From Bdellovibrionales bacterium (lineage in GTDB: Bacteria > Bdellovibrionota > Bdellovibrionia > Bdellovibrionales > UBA1609): a stretch of 10,658 bases of DNA. Made by a program: the position numbers and the translations under genes. Below the pieces are notes generated by a model that did no database searches, was not told the DNA's origin, and saw nothing but the letters and a program-made list of their open reading frames with translations. Location: NCBI GenBank assembly GCA_050246815.1, contig JBFWVI010000077.1:1-10658 (forward strand), written 5' to 3'. Numbering within the stretch: the first letter of the stretch is position 1; every line of letters begins with the position of its first letter. Positions 1-7,486 of this stretch are shown in pieces.

Positions 1-2
1 GA

Positions 3-527
3 ATTGGTATTCTTTTAGGGACTGTGAATGTCATTGTCCTTTTGGGTAGCATGGCGGATCGTCGGCAAGCGCGCCGCGAGGCTAAGAAGAATAAGGACCA
101 GCTAGCGAAAGCTCAGGAATTGGCCGCGAGCCTAAAAGATGTTGAGCGTGCAAGCCTAAGCGGCAATCCGTCTAAGAACACCGAGTCTGCCAGAGGTGAG
201 ACGATCAGAGATCAACTCGTTCGCGCGCAGGAGCAGCGCCATCGCGCCCACCAAGCAGCAGTGGCGTCCAGTTATGCAAGCGGAGCCCCCGAGAGCGGCG
301 GCATTTATATGGAAGTTCCTAATGCTGCAAAAATTAGTGTGGAACGTCCTTCTTCTTATTCGCCATCAGCGCCAGTGCGCCCAGCTGTCGACAACGACCT
401 TGATAGCCAAGTCGGTGCAGTCCTGGTTCAAGGGGGCAAAATACTTGCGGGTAGCGCTTTGGCCGGCGCGGGTGCCTATGCTGGCGTCAAAGCCGTCCAA
501 GCGATCAGCGATTTACTTGGCGATTGA
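3..527 (+). CDS. Hypothetical membrane-anchored protein, probably 5'-truncated by the window edge
   Basis: The frame of ORF 24..527 has no stop back to position 3 (IGILLGTVNVIVLLGSM, TM-like). A basic helical stretch (ADRRQARREAKKNK) follows, then a Ser/Pro/Ala linker and a C-terminal Gly/Ala-rich hydrophobic segment (GKILAGSALAGAGAYAGVKAV). No family recognised. Confidence 0.6.
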   Translation: MGILLGTVNVIVLLGSMADRRQARREAKKNKDQLAKAQELAASLKDVERASLSGNPSKNTESARGETIRDQLVRAQEQRHRAHQAAVASSYASGAPESGGIYMEVPNAAKISVERPSSYSPSAPVRPAVDNDLDSQVGAVLVQGGKILAGSALAGAGAYAGVKAVQAISDLLGD

Positions 528-534
528 GTAGAGG

Positions 535-1968
535 CTATTTAAAAGAGGTCTTACGAAGCTTTTCCAAAACGCCCTTGTTCTCGAGCAGCTCTTGGGTTTT
601 GGGGCTGACGTAAACGCGCGGAATAAAATTGCGATATTGGCTTAAGATCGGCATCAGCGAATTGGACACGTCGACAAGAAGTTTTAATTCTTGATGGCGG
701 GTCAGAATTTTAACCGAATCGCGCACGTGCAAAGGTTTTCCGGTTTTCAGGTCTCTTTTCACAGCGTCGAAGTGTTTGGTGAACATCACGTCTTTGCCCG
801 GAATATCAAAAATTATCCAAGCGTCGGGATCCAAGGCCTTTAGTTCTGCGGTCAGCCACTCCACGGCTTTGGTGGCTTCGGTCACCAGTTCTTTACGGTG
901 TTCGTCGCTGCGAACCAAACTTGATTTCAGGGGTGTGATTTTGATCTGTGCGGGGGGGATCCGGCGTGCGAGCATCTGGCAAAGCTCATGAATCATGGGA
1001 TGCATGATCCGACCCGCTAAATATTCGTGCAACTTGGCCATGAAATATGAGTCATTGAAGGTAAAATACTCGTTCGGATTTTGGCTGACTTTCTCCATCA
1101 GGTGATCAAACGAATAGGCCATGCCGTTTTCTAAAAAGTATTCATGGATTTTTGCGGCCAACAGATCAAATTTGTAACCGGTGCCGTCGCTGATGATCTG
1201 TGAATACCAAAAGTAGCGGCTGATCAAAAAGGCATCGGCTAAATTTAAACCGTCTTCTTGAATCGCCAGAACCTCTTGACCGCCGTCTTGGGCCACCGTT
1301 AAGTTTCGCACCAGCATATCAAAATCGTAAACACCCAGTTTCACACCTGTGTGATGGGCATCGCGAATCAAATAATCCATGCGGTCGGCATCCACATCGG
1401 AATGCATCAACTGGTTGGCCAGTAGATTCTTGGATCGTCCGGCGATCACCTGAGATAACTCTTCGGGGTCGATGCCTTCTTCTTCCAAAATTTGTGTCAG
1501 TCCGCCCTCAAAACGGGTGTTTAGAATGATGTGACTGCCCAGCACCTCATGGTTGGCGGTGTATTTGGTCGGCTTGCCGTGGGCTTTTTGTTCGCGCCAG
1601 TGGTCAATATAAGCCAATTCGATGGAGTGGGAGAAGGGGAACGTGCCGATGTCGTGAAGCATGGCGGCCAGTCGCATCATGCGATGGAAAGTTGTTTTTT
1701 CATCACGGGCGGCAGGGTTGAATAAGCTGCTTTCGGGCACGGCCTTGCCGATTGCTTTTAAAATTCGGTCCATCACATGCAAAACACCTAGGGCATGAGC
1801 ATGGCGAGTGTGGGTGGCACCTGGGAAGATGTAAAAGCTAAAACCCAGCTGACGAATCCAGCGCAGGCGTTGATAATAAAGGGTCTCAAGAATCCGCGTT
1901 TCGACGCGGTTCAGTGGGATGTAGCCGTGGATGTTGTCAAAGATGACTTTCTTGAATTCCTTGGCCAT
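535..1968 (-). CDS. HD-domain phosphohydrolase, SAMHD1/COG1078-like (putative dNTP triphosphohydrolase)
   Basis: 477 aa with family motifs in order: DNIHGYI, QRLRWIRQLG, FPGATHTRHAHALGV, LHDIGTFPFSH, NHE, DADRMDYLIRD. Confidence 0.9.
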   Translation of the reverse strand: MAKEFKKVIFDNIHGYIPLNRVETRILETLYYQRLRWIRQLGFSFYIFPGATHTRHAHALGVLHVMDRILKAIGKAVPESSLFNPAARDEKTTFHRMMRLAAMLHDIGTFPFSHSIELAYIDHWREQKAHGKPTKYTANHEVLGSHIILNTRFEGGLTQILEEEGIDPEELSQVIAGRSKNLLANQLMHSDVDADRMDYLIRDAHHTGVKLGVYDFDMLVRNLTVAQDGGQEVLAIQEDGLNLADAFLISRYFWYSQIISDGTGYKFDLLAAKIHEYFLENGMAYSFDHLMEKVSQNPNEYFTFNDSYFMAKLHEYLAGRIMHPMIHELCQMLARRIPPAQIKITPLKSSLVRSDEHRKELVTEATKAVEWLTAELKALDPDAWIIFDIPGKDVMFTKHFDAVKRDLKTGKPLHVRDSVKILTRHQELKLLVDVSNSLMPILSQYRNFIPRVYVSPKTQELLENKGVLEKLRKTSFK

Positions 1969-1974
1969 TGCCTT

Positions 1975-2006
1975 AGATTATCGCGGCTTTTTAGGTGGGT
2001 GGGCAA
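1975..2006 (-). promoter_or_regulatory. Putative sigma70 promoter of the HD gene, probably leaderless or nearly so
   Basis: Minus strand reads TTGCCC(2006-2001)-N18-GATAAT(1982-1977). An overlapping TAATCT (1980-1975) lies 6 nt before the ATG at 1968. No properly spaced SD. Confidence 0.4.
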
Positions 2007-2025
2007 GCCAGCCTCGACAAAAGTC

Positions 2026-2054
2026 TTCCCGTGCCCCCAAGGCCGGGATATATT
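2026..2054 (+). promoter_or_regulatory. Putative sigma70 promoter of the Grx-zincin/S2P/scpAB run, probably leaderless
   Basis: TTCCCG(2026-2031)-N17-TATATT(2049-2054), then 6 nt to the ATG at 2061. The -35 is weak and there is no convincing SD. Confidence 0.45.
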
Positions 2055-2060
2055 GCTGCC

Positions 2061-2708
2061 ATGGAACTTTACCATGTGATTGCGGATTCCGACTGCGCCG
2101 ATGTGCGCCGGCTTGTGGTGGAGCTGGGGTTGCAAGAACACATCAATTTTCGCAATGTGGGTGTATCGGATGAGGCCAAGGCCGATCTGATCAAGCTTGT
2201 GGGCGAGAAGACCGTGCCTGCTTTAGTCTATGACGGTGCCGTGCTGACCGGCAAAGCGGCGATTGTGGAGTATTTGGAACAAATGGCTCGCGACCCCGCT
2301 TTCACGCTTTACCCAGAGTTTGATAAGTTGGCCAATCAGGTTTGGCAGGACGTGATGGGGCTGATCCCGCGTGATCTGGCAAAATCGACGAAAAACATTC
2401 AGTTTTTGATTCAAGATGAGCCGACCGAAGAGCAAGTGCAAAACCTGCCCGAGGAGTTGCAAGCTCACCCCGAGGAATTATGTGGTCTGCACGTGGGTAC
2501 ACCCATAACCCAGGCTTCGGTGGTCATGCCGGATGTTTTGCCGCCGCAGGTGATTTTGTTTCGTTTTGCGCTTTTGGATTTATTGGATCCGGCAGATGAA
2601 AATTCGGAGCAAAACCTGAAGCAAGAAATCGCCATCACGCTTTTGCATGAAGTGGGGCACCATTTTGGTTTAAGTGAAGAAGACTTGGACCGTTTAGGCT
2701 ACAGCTAA
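2061..2708 (+). CDS. Fusion of an N-terminal glutaredoxin/thioredoxin-fold domain and a C-terminal minimal zincin (Zincin_1/DUF1025-like) metallopeptidase
   Basis: 215 aa from ATG 2061, which begins the first Grx strand (MELYH). aa 1-75 show LYHxxxDSDCADVR at the CxxC position, the cis-Pro motif TVP, and GKAAIVEYLE. The C-terminal part has IQDEP, LCGLHVGTP, PPQVILFR and ITLLHEVGHHFGLSEEDLDRLG (HExxH at 2646-2660). Confidence 0.82.
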   Translation: MELYHVIADSDCADVRRLVVELGLQEHINFRNVGVSDEAKADLIKLVGEKTVPALVYDGAVLTGKAAIVEYLEQMARDPAFTLYPEFDKLANQVWQDVMGLIPRDLAKSTKNIQFLIQDEPTEEQVQNLPEELQAHPEELCGLHVGTPITQASVVMPDVLPPQVILFRFALLDLLDPADENSEQNLKQEIAITLLHEVGHHFGLSEEDLDRLGYS

Positions 2709-2716
2709 GGAGTATC

Positions 2717-3385
2717 ATGAACGACGTCAATTTGGCGGACACATTTGGCCGCGCACTACTTTATTTTGTGCCATTTTTGTTCGCGCTTTGCTTTCACGAA
2801 TTTGCCCATGGTTGGATGGCCAAAAGAAAAGGCGACAACACCGCCGAGATCATGGGCCGCCTGACTTTGAATCCTGTGGTTCATGCGGATCTTTTTGGCA
2901 CGGTGATTTTGCCTTTTATGGCGCTGATGTTTAAGTTTCCATTTTTTGGTTGGGCTAAACCTGTGCCAGTCAACGAGCGCAACCTAAAGAACCCTAAGAA
3001 AGATATGTTCTGGATTGCGCTGGCGGGGCCGATGTCGAACATGCTCTTGGCGTTCGTGGCGTCATTTGTTTTTATATTTTGGCTGCAGTTTCGCCCCTTG
3101 GACACCGGTGGTGTTCCTGAGCTGCTTAAGGTTTTTATCATGATCAACCTCTTTTTAGCGGTCTTTAACTTGATCCCATTGCACCCGCTGGACGGTGGTA
3201 AGGTTTTAGCCCGATTCTTGCCGGACAAGGTGAACGACGCTTTAGAGGCCAATCAGCAGACCACCATGATCATGCTGATGGTTTTGATGGTCACCGGGGC
3301 ACTTAAATATCTGGCTATGCCTGTGTATTTCTTGGCAGAGTTCATGTTTTCGGTGGCGGCCCATGTCGCGGGTTTTATTGCTTGA
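2717..3385 (+). CDS. Site-2 protease family intramembrane Zn metalloprotease (peptidase M50, no PDZ)
   Basis: HEFAH in the first TM region, GRLTLNP, GWAKPVPVN, ALAGPMSN and FNLIPLHPLDG (NxxPxxxxDG). Several TM segments. SD AAGGAG at 2707-2712. Confidence 0.95.
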   Translation: MNDVNLADTFGRALLYFVPFLFALCFHEFAHGWMAKRKGDNTAEIMGRLTLNPVVHADLFGTVILPFMALMFKFPFFGWAKPVPVNERNLKNPKKDMFWIALAGPMSNMLLAFVASFVFIFWLQFRPLDTGGVPELLKVFIMINLFLAVFNLIPLHPLDGGKVLARFLPDKVNDALEANQQTTMIMLMVLMVTGALKYLAMPVYFLAEFMFSVAAHVAGFIA

Positions 3386-3420
3386 AATCCTTGAACTCCC
3401 TTGTTTGAATGGACGCCTAG

Positions 3421-4392
3421 ATGGGTGTCATGAGTTTACAAGTCAGTTTAGAGCGTTTTGAAGGTCCTTTGGGCCTTCTGCTGCATTTGATTCGTGAACA
3501 AGAGATGAACATCTTTGACATCGACATCGCGACCATCACCCGCCAGTACTTGGAATACATCAAAACCATGCGCAGCCTTGATTTGGAGGTCGCCGGTGAC
3601 TTCGTCGCCATGGCCGCCACCTTACTGCAGATCAAAAGCCGCATGCTTTTACCCCAGTACAACGAGGCCGGTGAAGAGATCGAAAAAGAGGACCCGCGTC
3701 GTGAGCTGGTCAATCGCCTGCTTGAATATCAAAAGTACCAAGATGCCTCGAAACGCTTGAGCGAGAGACCTTGGGTGGGCCGCGACGTTTGGTTGCGCGG
3801 TGAGCGCTTGAATATGGCACAGCCGCAAAGCGATGACATTATTCTGGAAGACAATCCGCTTTTTTCCTTGATTACCTCGTACCGCAAAGTGGTGCGCGCA
3901 ATGAAGTCGGGCGTGCACAAGGTGGTCGGGGCGATGCAATCCATCGCCGAGCGCATTTTGGAAATGCGTGAGCGTCTGATGGTGGGGCAAAAAGTTGAGT
4001 TTTCCAGCCTGATCACAGCCGAAGGCGACAAAAAGCAAGGCCAGGTGCTGGTGACCTTCTTGTCCTTGCTGGAGCTGGCTAAAATTGGCTTTGTCTCTTT
4101 ATTCCAAACAGAAAATTACGGGCAAATCCATATCGAAGCCAAAAAGAGCATCGATGGCGATGTGGTGTCACAGGTCGAAAACTACGAAAATGTGGAAGCT
4201 GAGCGCATGGCGGAACAAATTCTGGCCGATTCTATCGATGCTGAAGTGCAGAGCGAGCCAGTGGTTGGGGCAGTCTCTGTGAATGCAGATGGTGAAGAGT
4301 TGCTGGATGCCGCCAGCGATGCCGAAATTGAGGCTGAAGAGCAGCGGTTATTGGATGAAGAGGGCGGCCAAAGGGAAGTGGATCTAGTATGA
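3421..4392 (+). CDS. scpA: Segregation and condensation protein A (SMC kleisin subunit)
   Basis: FEGPLGLLLHLIR, MAATLLQIKSRMLLP, DPRRELVNRLLEYQ and VTFLSLLELAK are ScpA motifs. Acidic C-terminal tail. ATGA overlap with the next gene at 4389-4392. The start could be ATG 3421 or 3430. Confidence 0.95.
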   Translation: MGVMSLQVSLERFEGPLGLLLHLIREQEMNIFDIDIATITRQYLEYIKTMRSLDLEVAGDFVAMAATLLQIKSRMLLPQYNEAGEEIEKEDPRRELVNRLLEYQKYQDASKRLSERPWVGRDVWLRGERLNMAQPQSDDIILEDNPLFSLITSYRKVVRAMKSGVHKVVGAMQSIAERILEMRERLMVGQKVEFSSLITAEGDKKQGQVLVTFLSLLELAKIGFVSLFQTENYGQIHIEAKKSIDGDVVSQVENYENVEAERMAEQILADSIDAEVQSEPVVGAVSVNADGEELLDAASDAEIEAEEQRLLDEEGGQREVDLV

Positions 4393-5720
4393 GCAAAAAG
4401 CTGAAAAAATCCAAAAAAGACAAAGAGCTGAAATGGACCGATGATGGCCGTGTTGGTGCGGCTGTTGATGCCGCCGTGAAGCAGTTTGACGAAATCGAAA
4501 CCGAAGCCAGCGAAGAAGTCACTGCTATTTCGCCGGTGCTTTTTGAAGACACTGTGGTTGACAGCTTGGAACTGGGCAGCGAGTCCGATTTGTCCGAGAC
4601 CGAATTTGTTGAAGAGGTGGAATTAGAAGAAGAGCCCGAGGAAGAGTTCTCGGAAGATGATTTGGCCGCCATTGGTGCCCAGGATGACGATGAGCCTGTG
4701 GCAATCGTGTTCGACGAAGACGAGATCACGTCGGAACAGATGAATTTCACCGCCGAGGGCACGGAGCTTGAGGGCTATGATTCGGCCGCCATTGAAGTGG
4801 TGGAAGAGCTGCATGAAGACCGTATCGCTTCCGTTGTGGAGAGTTTGTTGTTTTCAACGGATCGTCCGCAGTCTGTGGCTATGCTGAAGGCGGCCTTTAA
4901 GGGCACCAATGTAAAGTCGCACCATATCCGTCGCGCGTTGGATCAACTGCAAATCGAATATGCGGGCGCACGTCGAGGCATTTATTTAGAAGAAGTGGCG
5001 GGTGGCTATCAGCTGCGCACAAAAGTGGACAATATGGATTATATGCGCCGAACCGTAAAGGCACGTCCGTTTCGCGTGTCGGGGCCGGCCTTAGAAGTGT
5101 TGGCGATCGTGGCCTACAAGCAGCCAATTATCAAATCTCAGATCGATGAGATTCGTGGGGTTGAGTCGGGCCATTTGTTACGTGCATTGATGGAAAAAAG
5201 TCTGGTTCATTTTGCCGGCAAGAGCGAACTGCCGGGTAAACCCATGTTTTATGGCACCAGCCGACGGTTCTTGGAAACCTTCGGTTTGCGTAACTTAAAT
5301 GAACTTCCCTCGTTAAACGAAATTGATCAGTTGATTCCCGAAGGTATCGGCGACGAGCCAGAAAAAGAAACTTTGGATAGTTTGACCGGCCAGTTGTCGA
5401 AAGAGGCCACCGCCACCTATTCTGAAGGTGAAGAGGAGCTCGAAAAAATTGCGGGCGAACTTGAAAAAGTGACCACCACCACGCAGTTCTTTGAGCAAGA
5501 AAAAGCTCGCATGAAAGCCGAACGCGACGCTGAACGCGCGCGTGACATTCGTGAGGCCCAAACAGTGGGTGAGATGGTCAGTGTTTCAGATCAACGTTGG
5601 CTTGAGCGCTATGAAAGAGAGCTTGCCACGGCGAGCTGGGTTGCTCCAGCTGCCGCAAGTGAGAGTGTGGAGACTGTAGCAAACGAAGACTCGCCAGCGA
5701 GCCCAGAACCCCAAATTTAG
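4389..5720 (+). CDS. scpB: SMC-Scp complex subunit ScpB with long N- and C-terminal extensions
   Basis: Core at about 4821-5340: VESLLF, EVAGGYQLRT, ALEVLAIVAYKQPI, IDEIRGVES, GKPMFYGTS, FLETFGLRNLNELP. Coupled to scpA by the ATGA overlap. Confidence 0.95.
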   Translation: MSKKLKKSKKDKELKWTDDGRVGAAVDAAVKQFDEIETEASEEVTAISPVLFEDTVVDSLELGSESDLSETEFVEEVELEEEPEEEFSEDDLAAIGAQDDDEPVAIVFDEDEITSEQMNFTAEGTELEGYDSAAIEVVEELHEDRIASVVESLLFSTDRPQSVAMLKAAFKGTNVKSHHIRRALDQLQIEYAGARRGIYLEEVAGGYQLRTKVDNMDYMRRTVKARPFRVSGPALEVLAIVAYKQPIIKSQIDEIRGVESGHLLRALMEKSLVHFAGKSELPGKPMFYGTSRRFLETFGLRNLNELPSLNEIDQLIPEGIGDEPEKETLDSLTGQLSKEATATYSEGEEELEKIAGELEKVTTTTQFFEQEKARMKAERDAERARDIREAQTVGEMVSVSDQRWLERYERELATASWVAPAAASESVETVANEDSPASPEPQI

Positions 5721-7246
5721 AGTCGAGCGATAGCTTCGGCGATGGCAATCCCATCGCAAGCGGCCGAGGTGATTCCACCGGCATAACCCGCGCCTTCACC
5801 CGCCGGATAAAGACCCGTGTGCGAAACAGATTGCAATGTTTGTGCATCCCGAGTGATTCTTAAAGGGCAAGACGTTCGTGATTCAACGCCGTGAAACTGC
5901 GCCTCGGGATGAATGAAGCCCTTCATCCATCGTTCAAATTGCTCAAGACCGTCATTCAAGGCTTTGCGCAAAGGTTTTTCAAGAAGTTGATCAAGGCGGG
6001 TCGCCACCACCCCAGAAGGGCATGAAGTTGCAACCGTTTTGCCTAAACGTGAATTTAAGAAATCTTCCACCCTTTGAGCAGGAAGTTCTTTGCTTGCGCC
6101 AGCCGATGTGACTTGCGCCAAAGCTTCGGCTTCTAACTGTCGGCGCCACTTAAGCCCGGCGAATAAGTCGGCACCGAATGTTTTTTTGTAATCGATCGTG
6201 ACCACCATCGCCGCATTGGCAAAGGGCGAATTACGGTGATAGTTGCTCATCCCATTGGCCACCACGCCGCCAGGTCCTGTTGCCGAAGACAATACGTACC
6301 CGCCAGGACACATGCAAAACGAGTAAACGCCCACTTGAGTTTTGGCATCGGTGTGCGCAAGTTTATAATTGGCAGATCCCAACTTTGGATGTTCGGCGTA
6401 TTCGCGGTATTGCAGGCGGTTGATATGGCTTTGGGGGTGCTCGATGCGCAGTCCTACCGCGAAGGATTTGCCTTCCATTAAAACGCCTACCTCGGCCAGG
6501 TGTTCGAAAAAGTCTTCGGCCGAATGGCCGCAGGCCAAGACCACTTTATCACTCAAGAACTCGCGGCCGTCTTCGGTGCGCAAACCCCTCACACCTGGAC
6601 CTGTCGTTAAAAGTCCCGTCACTTTGGTGTCGAAGTGAATCTGGACTCCATTTTCAATCAGCCGCTGACGCATTTTCGGAATCACCCGGCGAATTCGATC
6701 GGATCCAACATGGGGGTTGGCCAAATAGCGAATTTCTTCAGGGGCGCCAAAATCGACCAAACGGCTCATGACGTACGGTATGTATGGTGACTTGATCCGT
6801 GTGATCAACTTGCCATCGGAGTAAAGGCCAGCCCCGCCTTCGCCAAAACCGACATTGTTTCTGGCATCAAGCTCACCATGACGCCAGAATCGATTGATCG
6901 ATTTCAAGCGTTTTGCGCATTCGGACCCCTGTTCAAACAGATGGCATGGTATTCCGCGTTCGCTTAAGCGTAAGGCCGCAAAAAGACCGGCAGGGCCCGA
7001 GCCGATCACCAAAACAGGCGGGCCTTTGTAAGCGATTTTTTCGATTTCGTACTTGTTGGGTGAGGGTGTTTCACCGGGCCCAAAGACTTCGATGCTGTAG
7101 ACAAAATGAGGGGCTTCGCGCCGGCGCCGTGCGTCGGTGCTTTGGCGCTGAATGCGGTACTGGCTGTAGTTGGGCATCAACCATTGAAGCTTTTCCTCAA
7201 GGTCTTCGTCCAAGCCCACTTGGATGTCGTGGAAGATTTTTGACAT
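5717..7246 (-). CDS. NAD(P)/FAD-dependent oxidoreductase (COG2509-type uncharacterised flavoprotein)
   Basis: Rossmann motif VIGSGPAG, GEGGAGLYSDGKL, HVGSD, GLRIEHPQ, YSFCMCPGG and C-terminal GEGAGYAGGITSAACDG. Confidence 0.9.
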   Translation of the reverse strand: MSKIFHDIQVGLDEDLEEKLQWLMPNYSQYRIQRQSTDARRRREAPHFVYSIEVFGPGETPSPNKYEIEKIAYKGPPVLVIGSGPAGLFAALRLSERGIPCHLFEQGSECAKRLKSINRFWRHGELDARNNVGFGEGGAGLYSDGKLITRIKSPYIPYVMSRLVDFGAPEEIRYLANPHVGSDRIRRVIPKMRQRLIENGVQIHFDTKVTGLLTTGPGVRGLRTEDGREFLSDKVVLACGHSAEDFFEHLAEVGVLMEGKSFAVGLRIEHPQSHINRLQYREYAEHPKLGSANYKLAHTDAKTQVGVYSFCMCPGGYVLSSATGPGGVVANGMSNYHRNSPFANAAMVVTIDYKKTFGADLFAGLKWRRQLEAEALAQVTSAGASKELPAQRVEDFLNSRLGKTVATSCPSGVVATRLDQLLEKPLRKALNDGLEQFERWMKGFIHPEAQFHGVESRTSCPLRITRDAQTLQSVSHTGLYPAGEGAGYAGGITSAACDGIAIAEAIARL

Positions 7247-7254
7247 GGATCGCC

Positions 7255-7283
7255 ATCATAGCCGAATGCGGAGCGGGCGTCAA
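7255..7283 (-). promoter_or_regulatory. Near-consensus sigma70 promoter of the FAD oxidoreductase, leaderless geometry
   Basis: Minus strand reads TTGACG(7283-7278)-N17-TATGAT(7260-7255)-GGCGATCC-ATG(7246). Both boxes match consensus 5/6 and there is no SD. Confidence 0.75.
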
Positions 7284-7313
7284 AAATCCTTCCGGTCAGG
7301 GCTTGAAGGGGGC

Positions 7314-7333
7314 TTGTGAACTTTTATTCACAA
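7314..7333. promoter_or_regulatory. Palindromic operator candidate TTGTGA-N8-TCACAA (copy 1)
   Basis: TTGTGAA-CTTTTA-TTCACAA, a perfect 7-6-7 dyad in the divergent intergenic region. Confidence 0.6.
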
Positions 7334-7486
7334 AAGGGAGTGGGTTTGAACACAAAAAGAAGTGTTAAAATTCTCAATTGAGGGCTGGGGTTTTGAATTC
7401 ATACTTATAAATAAAATCTATTAGTTTATTGAGACGGGTCATCTGTGAGGCACAAGACTAAATTTATTTTCCACTTTTGGGAAAAA

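Noticed and set aside
1995..2060. Longer GTG start for the Grx-zincin gene
   Set aside because: The extra 22 aa are not domain-like and cover the predicted divergent promoters. The Grx fold begins at ATG 2061.
3421..5720. Wadjet/MksBEF-type defence SMC system
   Set aside because: The proteins carry canonical ScpA/ScpB motifs, and no SMC-like ATPase or JetD/Toprim nuclease is adjacent.
7314..7333. Canonical CRP or Rex site
   Set aside because: The arms match but the spacer is 2 bp too long in both copies, so it is reported as an unassigned operator.
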